From Enoplolaimus lenunculus (taxonomy: Eukaryota): a stretch of DNA of 64,000 nucleotides. The translations under genes were made by a program, and so were the position numbers. How positions within the stretch are numbered: position 1 is the stretch's first letter; each line of letters starts with the position of its first letter. Shown one piece after another: positions 26,163 through 39,900 of this stretch. Under the pieces are notes generated by a model. It was not told the DNA's origin. It saw nothing but the letters and a program-made list of their open reading frames with translations, and made no database searches. The DNA lies in assembly GCA_030248215.1 (NCBI GenBank), contig JASANG010001519.1:1-64000 (forward strand), in the 5' to 3' direction.

Positions 26163-26494
26163 TTTAGCTTAAGTATGATTTTTAAAAAATATATCCCTAA
26201 AAGGAAACAGTGTATAGAAAATTGAGTGAGCACTTCAGTTGATATGTATATATACCATCGTCCACTCAGAAAAATTAAAATTCTGTCTGGGCGGATATTT
26301 CTGGAGAGAGAAATCTGCCAGAGCATTTGGAGGAAAAATCTGCCCGGACAGCAATTTCCCGGGGGAAAATCTGCCCGAGCAAATTTCTCCGTGGGGAAAA
26401 TCTGCCTGGGCACATTTTTCCGGGGAGAAAAATCTGCCCGGGCAGATTTTTCCGGGGAGAAAAATCTGCCCGGGAGAAAAATCTGCCCGTGACA
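24420..26494 (-). mobile_element. Ginger1-like DNA transposon, one terminus visible (3' end apparently truncated)
   Basis: The minus strand starts TGTCACGGGCAG at 26494, directly next to CCGG (26495-26498). Subterminal array of ~7 AAATCTGCCC motifs at 26290-26490. I found no matching second TIR. Confidence 0.78.
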
Positions 26495-27811
26495 CCGGCT
26501 CCGGCCAGATACTATATAATCTGGGTCCGGAATTTTTTGGTATGTCCTGCTAAATATGCAAACAATACTGTCAGAATGCCATATTATATACCCTTAAAAC
26601 TCCAAGAATATCCCAAGATTAGTTAAGGGCCAGTGCATCCAAAATACTGCACACCACAGCGAAAGTGACCTCAAGCCTGATAAAATGACCAATCAGTCTT
26701 TTTTCGGAAAAAAAACGAAAAAGACCCTTATGGAAAAACCAACGCTGGTTTCCTTTAGCTGATGATTATCCGTTATTTTTTCAATCCCTTTACACATTGT
26801 AGTGAATGCTGAAATTCGGTGATTGTAAGGGTGTAAACGGAAATTAAAGTATAAAAGTATCAAAAATGTTTTATTTTTGTGCCAACGCAATTAAGGTGTG
26901 CAAATATTCACCGGTCTTTCAAAAAATTTTAAGCCAGAAACAGATATCCGGTCACACCCTGGTGATAAAAACACACAATTCTTTATTGAAATATGCAACA
27001 ACAGAGTACAATAAACCAAAACACGAACATGTGAAAAATAACTTGAAAAGTCATATACTTGGATGACAATCACATATAGAGTCTTGCAGAGAAACATAAC
27101 GAATTAAATCTTTGCAACTATTCGTTACACACCTTAGCATCAACAACAGATCCTGAAATATATATTCTATAGTTGTACAAATCGACCTGCTCCGGCTCCG
27201 GTAGAATTAATGCCTGACGTTCCGCTATATGCGGTACTGAAATTGAGCAGTTTCACAAAATTTATTTGTTTGGTATGTTTCGTTTCGACGTTTGGCACAA
27301 TTTTGAGCAAAAATTGTCCAAATTTCGTAAAATATAAGCGTAACACCAAAACATTTCACAACAACTTACAGATATTTGCTGAAATTTGCAAATAAACATC
27401 CGTGTTTGTTTTTGATTGCGGTCCGTTTCTGAGTTTCGATGCGATCCCAGAAATGTGTGTATTTCTATGCAAAATATTCATGACCATCACTTCAGCAAGC
27501 ATTGTTTTCAATATTTGTGTACGGAGACTGATCGGTTCTAAACAAATTTGATCATATATATGTTCACAGGTCATTAAATTTAGAACTTTTGCCCACTTTC
27601 TTACACAGTCATTGGCTTATGTTCAAGCTCAGTCTTTGGAAAAGACTTGCATATGCCTAAGCCTGAGCCTCGAAATTGAATGGGGAACAACAGTTCAAAA
27701 GCCTTCACATTCGTATATTCTTAACAAATTGTGACACTTAAGAAACACAACATTCGATGCTTTATCTAATTAAAATCAAGCAACAAATACATTCGATTGT
27801 AGACGTAACCT

Positions 27812-29565
27812 TTAATCAGCATTAGTTAATTTTTCGTTCCGTTTTTCCATCAAAACTTCCACCCATTTTAACACTTGTTTGGTCTGAAAAATCCCTTTTG
27901 TTGAATTAAAAAATGACTGCAGATCGCCAGGTTGAACGCCGCTTGAAGATTGTAATTCATATTCGTGTGCTTGTGCAATCATATCAAATTTATCTAAATC
28001 TCGAACTGCTTGTGCTTCTGGCGTCGACCCCATTTCATATTCTTCCCATAGCGATACGATTTCGTCACCAAATTTCGTTTTTGAACTGCTAACGACAGGA
28101 TTTGAATTTATAAGATCGGCCTAAAACTCATTTACAGTTTTAATTTTCTCACAGTGCTGCATTGCGCTCAGTATGGATGGCTTATATGAAGCCACTAAGC
28201 CAGGCATCAAAAAAGGGGTGAACATACCAGATGAGATTGGTTAATATTGCATAGCAGTGAGGTAAATTAATACGAGTAATAGAAGACTATTTTTATTTAT
28301 GTGCTATGTAATAGTCAAACACATTCGGTTCTGGCTAAATCTGTTCCGATCCGATCGAACGTGACTTGTTCGCAACAGCTATACTACTGATTTATAGTTA
28401 TCTATCAAAACCTGAAAACTACTTGCAGTTTACATATGAAAATTGCGTATTAACTTTCGACCGTTATAACCTAAAACGCGCTACTAACCGCGCAGCTTCA
28501 AGGTACAAGGTAGTAGTAATCCAGCAACTGGTTAGAACGCCAACCACCAAAATACGGCACATCACGACAATTCATTGCCCAACAACTGATAGGACTAGGT
28601 TTGGAGTTATCCTTAGCACGGATGGCACTCTTGGCTAAAGACCGAGACTGAAACCTGATTTATCGAGACCGGCCATGAAGAGTCTCGGCCTTGATCAATT
28701 TTTGGTTATCACCGAAAAACAATAAAATTTTCAAAAAATATATTTCTAATAGGTTTTTCGTACCTTTTGTTTTTGTGTTTTTCATAGTATTTTTGTGGGT
28801 TTTTCAGAATATTTGCTCATAATTATTGGGTAACTATGAAAATACACAGATTCACAGCGAAATTTTATTCATCAGGGCATGGCACCACCACTGCAACATT
28901 ACAGCCATACATTTGCTGAATCCTCGACTTCTGGTTTCGGTTCCAAACATCCGAGGCCGAGGCTTGCCAAATACCGAGACTTGTCAAGATCGTGTCTTTC
29001 TTTTTGTGATCCTTAGAGCTAAGGTTTAAGACATTGTCGGGGGACAAGTTGTCAGTGTTACGAATTGCCGTGGATTCATAAATAACATATCACTCACAAT
29101 TTGTCTAATTGCACGTGCTTCACGGCTATGCTTGTCCTCTTCAGAAATTCCACAGTACGGTGTTATATCACCAACGATCGATTCAGCAAGATCATGCACT
29201 AACGCCATTCGAATGCATTTGTCACGGTCAAAGCGATGCGTTGAACTTTTGTCCGCGGATGCAGTCACACCGTTATTTATAGCATCTGACGGTTCGTCCA
29301 TGAAAAATGCCAATAACGCCATTCGATACATATGACCTGCTACCGGTTCCGGATTTGTGACACCGGCTCTAACCCAACCTGTTCGTGGTAAATGTTTTAA
29401 ATGCCCAATCAGTGAGTTGAGCTGCAAAAATTTGCCGGCATTGCTAACATGTTCGCTGTAAGTGGTCGAATGTTCTGGGGTGGAATTGTCGCGAACGAAA
29501 GCTATCGAATTGTCACTTGAACTATCCGTCGACAACTTTGCGACTTTGTTCGGTGGTTCTGCCAT
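27812..29565 (-). CDS. HDDC2: HD domain-containing protein 2 (5'-deoxynucleotidase), 2 exons, ~258 aa
   Basis: Exons 29565-29098 and 28120-27812 joined by a phase-0 GT-AG intron. Motifs LKHLPRTGWV, EPVAGHMYRM, MALVHDLAESIVGDITP, LWEEYE, VRDLDKFDMIAQAHEYE. Confidence 0.93.
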
Positions 29566-32500
29566 AGAATATTATTATTTTAGCATCAAATCATACATAG
29601 TCGATCTGAAAACTGACAATTCTTATTGTTAACCAGTTTTTAACATTTCGAAAGCAACATTAAACAGCTTTTTGCGGTAAACATCCGTATCATATATTTA
29701 AGCAGTGAGAGCATCAGACTCTATAGAATGAAATCTATTTACTTTTACGCAGTCGAAGGCCAAAAAAACACCAGAGCATAGGTCGAAAAGTTTTGCCACA
29801 GCCGGAGGTGAAGCAAAATCAAGTAACAGAAAAAAAACAATATATTCGCTAAATTTGAAGTTCCATAGAAACTGCTATCAAAACACATGGAGAATTGACA
29901 ATTCAGCTCTGAAAATGGTCCCAAATTTACAAATAAACTCACTGAATAAGCAAAATATTTATAACAAGACATTTGGCAGAAAGCCCAATTCGTTGGCATG
30001 TGCAAGTTTCTGTTATTTGTAACAAAATTGAGCTAATTTTAAAACACACATTTCGAAATAACAATTTTTCAAAGACAAAGTTTCCAATATTTAAATAACT
30101 ATTAATAATTTGACACAAAACCGTAAAAATTCTGGTCCCTGCATCTTTGAATGCAGGAACAGGAACAAGAACAGAATATCATTTTTTGCCAGAATTCCGG
30201 ACGAACCTTGCAATTTAGTATTCCTAATCAATTAGATTTCGATTTTAAAATATTTAGCCAAAATCTGAAATGTTGCCTACGGTTATCATTATGATCAATG
30301 TTCTGATAGAATCATTAGTTCAAACTACTTTGGTTGCAGTTGTATTCTAGACAGTTCCTGCAGTGAGATTGTGAGATAGATCTTTTGATGATATCGGCCC
30401 CATTGCTATTTAGAAAAATATAGTTAAATCTGCGCTTAAGATGATATCGGTTCCATTGCCTTTTTGAAAATTAAGTTTTGTTTGTTTGTGATAACTACGA
30501 GATGTGTCTACTCTGCAGAATGGGTGAGAAATCATTGCCATTACAGGCAAAATTTCAGGTGTAGGTAAACGGGACACAGTATACTTATTTGACCGTCCGC
30601 CGTCCTTCGTCACTGATATATATCCGGTATTGCACCTATACGTTGAATTAAACGTTTATTTGCCTTTTATCAAAAGCTTGAGCGACAATGCAATGTTATA
30701 CTTAGGAATGTACATTCAAAACTTAAGCATGCTTTAAACAGGTGGAATCGGAATTCCGATTCCGATTAGAATTGCGATTCAAAACGACTTCTGATTCCAA
30801 TTCCGATTGCACAATAGAATTTTTACATTTTAATTTTATGCCAACTTGTGACATGTTGTATAATTGATTGTAGTTTAGATTTAGAGAGCCAAAAAATGAT
30901 AGCCAATTTGCTCATTCGCGTTGTTGACAATTATTGCAGCCAACATACACCCTAATACCCTAACTCAAAATTATACTTGTTTATACAAATTATCCGTATA
31001 GTCATAAAATTTGTAGTTCCGATTACGAATTCGGTATAAATTTGCTGTTCCGATTCCGCTGTAATCCAGCTCCGCTTTGCACACTGGCTTTAAAGCTCAG
31101 TTATTTGATCATAGTCATTTATGCTCTACAATTAGGGATAACCGACATTTATTGACTCTATCATATGATATTCAGCGGGACTGTATGAAAAGTTGGACTG
31201 TAGCGGCACAAATGTGCTTTAAATACCAAATACACGCCTGCAAATGTTTCCGACACAAAATCACTTGAAACCACAGCTTCATAATTCAAAAATTTAAATT
31301 CTAGTATATATTCAACAGGACAATTTTGGTATACGTCAAGTATGCAGACATTTGAAAATTATATCATATGATATTCGTATAGACAATACCTCGAATATCA
31401 TATGATAATGTAGAATAAAGGTGACCCACACATGTTAATAGCAGACAAATACGAATTTTTGAATGCGATATAGGGTCTATATGCAAACAAAATGTTACCC
31501 AATATTCTATTAATAGGGACAAAACGTGTCCCAAGCTGCCCCAGTTACAACATTAATCCCGAATCAACGGCACTTTACAAAAGCTACCCTGGCTCCTCAG
31601 CATGGTTGGGCACCGAGAAAAAAAACCCTATTATAACCTCAGTATAATCACTACAAAACATCGTGGAGGAATCGGTTTTTCTCATGTTTCCGTCGCAGTG
31701 AACGCAGTTGGAGAGGAATCAGTGGCGGATCAGGAAACTCTGAAGCGGAGGATCGCCACGACACATCCTCCTACCCTACCAACAGTCCTACGGTACTAAA
31801 ACGTAGTGTACAAATGGTTTCGTAATCAAACCGAAATTCCACTTGTATCCCTGGTGCAATACACCGTAATAGTGATGCTACACATTTCAGATTTTCCCTC
31901 TGATGCAACATTTATTGCAGATATAATGCAGTGTTAAGCTCGGAACGATCATTTGATGGAAAATTTGTCAGCTGTATGTTCATTAATTTATGTGTGAAAT
32001 GCAAGGCACTGCTCTATTGAAAATTTAACTGTTTCCGGCTGCACAATGTGTACTGCGGTACCGAAACCAATTCAAAATGACAAACTTAACGCCACACAGC
32101 AATTTCGCTCGCTAAGTCATCACACGTTCGGTTTACAAGTTTATTGTGAACTATTAAACACAAGTTAAAACAACACTGTTTTTGATGTCACATCATTCTT
32201 CCAGCTTCGTCAGGAACACCCCCCTCAATGGCAAATTAATAATTTTTGGTGACAGGTTGCACTTCAAACCTCTGTTTTCATGAATATTGAATTTATTTAG
32301 AAACTCTTTCAGTAACTAAGAGCCAGATTGTTTATTAAACAAAACAAATTTAACGATAACACTGTACAGAATTGTTCAAAACGTGAGATCTAAAAGTGGA
32401 AATCATTTTGATGGTACCACATACATATAAACATTAAGTTATACAACAACATTGAACACATATTTCGTTATGACGCAGAATTCATTTGCTAATAACCGAG

Positions 32501-33962
32501 GGATGTTCGTTGAATAAATCGTAAAAATTCCAAACAGCAATAAATTTTAGTAAAATTTACATTTCTTAAACATAAGCATGGCTTTTGAGAAAGTTTTTTG
32601 TAATGCTTTAAAGCAACGATCAAGTAGTATGTATATACCTTGAAAATTTTGTACAGTTCACACGAAATAGGTAATAACAAATATGGACAAACACACCGCA
32701 GGAATAAACCCGGTACTTACAACACAACATAGTTCTTAATGAAAGCGCAACTATAAATTTAATAGGATCGATCACCTACGATAACGATAAATCGCTTGGA
32801 ATAGTAATTTAGCAATAGAGGTGCCCCGGGGCACTACGATTTTTACTGGGCCTGGAATTAGTGCCTAAGGTGCCGATGTTGGCCGGGGCTAAGTTAGAAA
32901 TAGCAAAGATATAAACATGAGCTACAATAGCTACGTAATTCGTATATGGTGGCTAGCAGTGGGAAAAAAATCAACCTATATATTGTGTAGTATGTACAGC
33001 AAACAGCAAAACTGGGAAATAAAAACATGGTGCACATAATTTCTTGTGCTTTTCGCATTTTTAAACGAGAATCGAGAGCGATAAGGATTGCTCTTCATGG
33101 CAGTCAATTAAGGTTTGTATATAAAAACTACACGGTTAGACACTGGCAAATAACTCTTGGCTTCTTGTTCTTAGACCCCAGCACTAGAACCAGGCCCTGG
33201 AACAGCTCTATTTAGCAATGGTAAGCACTTCTGATGTGATACAGTTCAAAGTTTCTTAAAACAGTTGCAGCGTGCAGCCTAGTGTGAAGTATAAAATAGC
33301 TAACGATACCACAAGTATAAAAATGAAAATTAAAACTTGTCAAAGTATGCAAACCATACAGAGCCTCAAGTACGTACATACAACTAAAGCATTCACCTGT
33401 TGTAAACTACGACTTCAAAAACTACTTCGCAGAGCATATATGGCCACATTTTATTCGAAGATGCAAATCAACACATGATTGTTTATAAATTTTAGATATG
33501 AACATTTAAAAAAACATCGAAACGTAAACCTTATTACTCTTTAGGATAGTTGTGAATGAAAAGACATTTGAATCAAACTGTCTAGGAATAAATATATAAC
33601 GTAGATTAGAAGGTCGCGACTGTTATGATTTTCGTTCAGTATTCTAATGTTTAACATAATTTTGAACAAAAAGCAACAATTTGATAAAAGCAATATAGTA
33701 AAACATGGACAAGACTGAACAGCAGGCCGCGAACGGATATCAGATGCATCGTCGCGAAATGTTAAACGTTATCACGTAAACATTTTGGATGGTTTGATAT
33801 TTCAATGTCATTCAGTATTAGATGTGAATTAATAATCCGACTCCCGCCGCATATTACGTGGCTCCGATATTTTTGGGTATCTGCTCGTGCCCTGCTTAAC
33901 AAATACGTACACATTTATAATTATACACGGATAGAAACCACAGAAAACCGTTGCTTCCAATA

Positions 33963-36900
33963 TTATAATACGCTGTCAGATTTTTCGTGAACGGAAAGTT
34001 TACTGAGAAAGCCGCCACCTGTTTGCTGCTGATAAACTTCAATAACATCGTCGCTTTCCATTTCCAGCTAAAATGACATATAATGACACATTTTGCCTCT
34101 TAAAACTAGAAATGAGCAGGGTGCGACCGGATCGCAAAAAACCGGATACCGGAGCCGGATCCGGATAGTGATTTTTTAAAGGAACGGGATGTTAACCAGA
34201 TAGTGTGTTTTTAAAATAAATCAATTTTAGCACGTTAATGCGTCGGTAAAATTGACAACTGAAATACGTACACTGAAATAAATAGTTGCTAAAAATGTCA
34301 ATTTTTGTATTTTATCCGCCCAATACTACTGTATACATACATGTAATGGGACTGAACACATGACATCTCACAACATTATTTGCAATAATTTTAGATTTAT
34401 GAAATCTTCTCCGAAATCCGGTATTCGGTATGTTTATATCAGATACCGGAACCGGATGCGGGTTGGTTATTTGCCGGATAGTAAACCGGAGCCGGATATC
34501 CGGTCGCACCGTGGAAATGAGCAGACATTTTCGTGGTCAGTGCTTCTGTTTGAAACGAACCAGTAATCGTTGCTGCCGCACACGCTTCCGTCCACCTGCC
34601 TGCGATAATCAAGCCTTTAATTCAGGTTGGTTTCGACACGGAACACAAAAATTAATAGCTGTATTCGCATCCGAGTTTCGGCGAAATTGTTAGAGTTTAA
34701 GTCTTTGCATTTATAATAATGTAATGTACCTAGTAACCTGCCAGTTAAGCATCGTGTATTAATCAGGGTGGCAACAAAGGTTCGGATTCGGTTGTGAAAA
34801 AGCCGAATCCAACAATGTTCGGCAATGTTTTTCAATTTTAAACAATAGGTGCAAAGCGGAACCGGACTATACCGGAATCGGAACAACAAATTTGTACCGG
34901 AATCGGAACTACAAATTTTGTGACTATAAGGATAATTAGGATAAACGAGTTAATATTGATTTAGGATGTCTGTTGGCTGGCAACAATTCTAAAAAGGTCG
35001 CATGAACAAATTGGCAATTATTATTTGGCTCTAAAACTAAACTACAATCAATTATTGATAAGGCCTAAAATTAAAATGTGGGACTTGCGACACATCACTG
35101 CTTATTTCACCTTAACTCAGCCTAATTCCCAAACGGACTCAAGTGGATGCAAACAGAAACCAGAATTTAGATCCGAAAAACCTAACGGAATTCCCGTTCC
35201 GGCAAAAAACGAGTTTCCCGTGAAATGTAATATATAGTAATATATAGTTCCGGTAGGAATCCTGGTGAAAAGAAGTGCTTTGAAAATTTATAGTTCCGAA
35301 TTAAGCCCATTAGCATCCCTAACAATTAGGCGACTGCGCTTGATCTTATACTGTATGCACGTAGCGTTAACATATGTGTTATCAAATGCTACGCGCGGAC
35401 GTTGATACCGATGAAACATTTATTTTAATTTTCTTTTCGCAATATTATTGGTGAAATAACCCAGTTGGCGATAGGTATTTACGTTATCTACTGTATTTTA
35501 GGTTTTCATAATCCACGGAAACGAAAGTCAAGGTTTATATAGCACACTAATGACCGGTATTTTAACTTGCCGGATGTTTTCTAAAAACTTAACAAAATTG
35601 AAACCATCATTACTGTATTTATGCCAGCTACCATGGAACTGATTGACTTACTTTTCACAATCTTTTTTGGGTTACAATAACGCTGGAAAACCTGATAAAG
35701 CCGACCAGGAAGAATTGTTAGCTATACGTATACGTACGTTTCTGCTATCTAGTGATACATTTGAATAAATTACCTGGCTCTGGACGGCTATTTAGATTAT
35801 CTGGCCTCGCAATTTTCTGGTACCTGGTCGCACTCTGCCTATGTATATTCAGGGTACAAACTGAACTGCCGCTCCTGTAGGGAAATTTTGTATTCTTCAC
35901 TATCTGGTTCCGGTAATAAACCGGTAATTGTATTCCGGTATAATTCAGCTTCAAATTTGTACCCTGGTATACGTACTGAAAACACTACGTACCTTTTAAA
36001 TTGTATCTAATTTAAGTAAGGGTAAATTATACATAAAAAACCACGTGTCGAGTTGCACCGTAATTTCTGTTACCATCTGAATTTCTGCAAATACTCAAGC
36101 CCTACTCCTGTTCCGTCGTTGAAGGGCGCATGAGCCTTATCATTTTCGGTTTTGTGGCAAATTATGAACAATAAGTTTAAAAGTAATTAATTTAAGTCTC
36201 CAAATTTTTACTCGAATCAGCTTTTTTCACCACATGTGTTTCGTGCCTACGTTCCTCAATTTTCATGCTATAAAGTAATCCTGTTCGAAAAAACTATGAA
36301 CAAGGTCTGATCGTTAGTATAAATAGCCAACTTGACTTCACGCATATATAACATGCAATAATGCTTATGGTGCAAAATCCGAGTATAATTCTAACAAAAA
36401 TGGAACAAAAAATTTATACAGAAATAGGAATCGGAATTAAAAATTTTCAGAGCCCATACTTTTCACATACGTTACGCACTGAACAAAATTATTACGTACG
36501 AAATTAGTTTTAGCATGCGACAGTTTCGCCGTGCATGTTATATACCTTTCTGTAATAAGTCCCATGTCTTGCTTATATTATAGGGATGTGCCGATACCAA
36601 AATATTTGCCGAAGTCGATTCTCATACATTACATCATTCTGTGAAGACTTAAACCCTAACCACCGTAAACGATTATAATTTTATGAAAAAAGTTCATTTC
36701 TATTTCTATTAATTTTTCAAACACAAACTCAAGAGAGACAACAGTTTAACTCACCAGATAGGCTCATACACGCCGAGGAATGTAACTGATAACATGTCAA
36801 CTGACTGTTATATACAAACAGTATCGGCAAAGAATCCGCAAATTTTTTGCAGTTCTGATACTCACGAAAAGTGTTTATTATTATCGATACCGATACCGAT

Positions 36901-39900
36901 CAATGTGACACATATACGTAAACACAAATGTGCACTGCTGCTGAGAACACTGATATAAGCACCTGTTCTTATAAAACTTAACATAATTGCAGACAACCTT
37001 CTTACATAACTGCAATGAAAGTTTTCTCAACGATAAAAAATTTAAAGTACGATTGCGATTATATCTGCAAGCAAAATATCAAAATACGGTTTGAATTGGA
37101 ATTCTAATCGGAAGAGGAAATCCGGTACGTTTATATCAGATACCGAAACCAGGTACGGATATTGTTTTTGCCGGTTTACATATATACGCAGGATAAGGCA
37201 AAAACAGAGCTGTGTACTTACTTGCTTTGGAGTTTCCTCGTCGTTAATTCGTCTACCATCAAATAAAAATCGAAGGGAATTTACAGGAACGCCCTGAAAA
37301 CAAATAAACAGTATTCAACTAGATATATTATACCTCTCTACGAATCTACGATACACGGTTGATGGCACCAAAGAAAAACAAACCTCGAATCAGACCGAAA
37401 GAAACAGTGTTTCTATTATGCGAAAAATATTTTCGCACGGCTTGGGAAATTCCAGGGTCAGATGCCGATTTCTGTAACGGAGCATAAGTTCCGGGGAAAT
37501 CGTCGCAAGCTTAGGTCAATGTCAGCGTTCATAATACAAGCTGCATATTCGGCAATACAGTTGAAAAATGGTTAGGGATGTGCCGATACCAAAATTTTTG
37601 CCGATGCCGATTCCAGCATTGTACACCATGCTTAACAAGCCGATAGAATATACATTACATTATTATACGAAGGCTTGAACCTTAACCATCATGAACGATT
37701 ATAATTTTATAAGAACGGTTACAATTACTTTTTTCAAACGCAAACGCAAGACAGATACGTAACAATTTTCCTAAGCATACACACTGGTGTGCGCCCAGAA
37801 ATGAAACTGGTAGTATTCCAACTGATTGTTATGTGCAAAAAGTATAGGCAAAGAATCGGCATTTTTTTTGCAGTGACGATGCCGATGCCGATACTGACGA
37901 AAAGTGTTGATTATTACCGATGCCGACTAATCGGCACATCCCTAAAAATAATTGAATACGTTAGAATCAGTGTAACCAGAATTCCGGTTCCGGCATTTTT
38001 TCACCTTCCGGTTCCGGTAAATTTTGACCGGAATTGAAAATTCCGGTATTATAATTTGGTCGGTGAAAATTAAGATATTTTACTAAAAACTGACGATAAA
38101 AATTAAACAATTTCATTAGTACAGCATGCATACCTTGACAATCGCCGAAAATAAACCATCGAAGGTAGATTTCGCTTCCGTGGATTACGAAAATGTAAAA
38201 TACGGCAGATAAAGTGAATACCTATCTCCCACTAGGGTTAATTCACACCAATAACATAGTAAAAAAGAAAATTAAAATGAATTTTTCGGTGGCATGTATC
38301 TTTCATTTTCCGGTTCTGGTAAATTGTAATTCCGGTTCCGGCATTTTTTCACCTTCCGGTTCCGGTTACGACAAATTTTTACCGGAATTCGGTGGAAATT
38401 AAGATATTTTAGTAAAAAATGATAAAAATGAAACAGATTTCATTAGTATAGAAGGCAAACCTTGATAGTCGCCAAAAATAAACCATCGAAAGTGGAATAT
38501 AAAGTGAATAGCTATCTCCAACTAGGATAATTTCACCAATAATATTGCAAAAAAGGAAATTAAAATGAATTTTTCGGTGGCATGTATCTTTCATTTTGCG
38601 GTTCGGTTCCGGTTCCGTTTCCGGCAATTTTTTCAAATTCCTTGTTCCGATTCTGGTAAAATGTAATTCCGATTGCACCCTGGCCCCAGTTTGTTTAAAA
38701 ATTTACAAAGGCTGACTTACAACTCTTTCGGCATAGGATTTCTTCAGTTTACCCATTTGCGTGGTCATTTTGACACGAAAATGAATCTCGTTACTATCTT
38801 GACCAACAACTTTCAATTTGATGTATTCTCCAGTATCACCGCCGCCTTCTTTCTCCTGAAAATTTCGTATGTATACGTATATACGTACATAACATAAGCA
38901 TGCATAACTATCATGAGGCGGTGCAAAGCACTGTGTATATAAAAAGATGGCCGTGGTGCGAATCCGACTTGAGGACCTAATCCGACTTCATTGCTAGAGA
39001 TTCGAATCCTACCCTTTCATTATCCAAATTTCCGATATATCGATACACAATTCATATTGTGATTTCCGAATGAAATTTTCATATTTCACAATCTCCGGCG
39101 TTGCACAAAGATATAGAATTTTGGGTAACATAAGGGGTCATTCCATTTCTCTAATCGCTGTACATATGGTTCCAACAATAGAAACAACATTTTGCTCGAA
39201 CTGGAACAGGAATTGAATTTCTTTACAGAAACCGGAATTTGAAATAATTTTCACCACCAAATTACTGTTTGACTAGCGAAAAAATAGCTTGAATGAATTT
39301 TCAGCTCTTCATCATGAAGTTTTACATAAACACATCAGAAACAGTTATTAACAAAAACCGTCAAATGATTTAAATTTTATAAGAACGATTCATTTTAATT
39401 ATTTTTTCAAACACAAACGCAAAACAGATAACAGATTGATTCCGATTCCACAATCAATCGGAATTTCCACATTTTAATTTTAGATCTACTTGCTGTGATA
39501 CCTATAATTGGTCAAGAAACCATGAAAACAAGAATTCCTGTTGAACCCTGGTAAATAAGTACAAGATATATAGGTAAAGACATATTTAGAAGCAAAATCA
39601 TAAACCTACCAATGACTAACGACTAACCTTATTTTGATCACCCATTGCGAAATTTTAAACTGTTTCCACAAAATAACCACCAATAGTTAAGTGTATACCA
39701 GCTAAATAATTCTTAATGCTATGCGTATAATTGCTGTACCTTTCTGGGCAAGTAAAGCTAATAAGTTTTTTATTAACAGAAATAGAATGCAGAATCTAGG
39801 ATAATTTTAATTCCGTAAACATGTTTTTGTGTGACTCAATTCCTTTAAGCAGACTCAATTCCTTTAAGCAGTGGTCATTCCCTTGCTATACCCGGTTAAT

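Noticed and set aside
26153..26626. Five overlapping ORFs
   Set aside because: By-products of the Ginger subterminal repeat array.
31590..31800. GC-richer island between SUMO and HDDC2 as a possible ncRNA such as telomerase RNA
   Set aside because: No TTAGGC template or recognisable structure found.
32185..32230. Hammerhead or C/D snoRNA core (CTGACGA, ATGATG on the minus strand)
   Set aside because: No stem II-GAAA arrangement and no proper box C/D order with a terminal stem.
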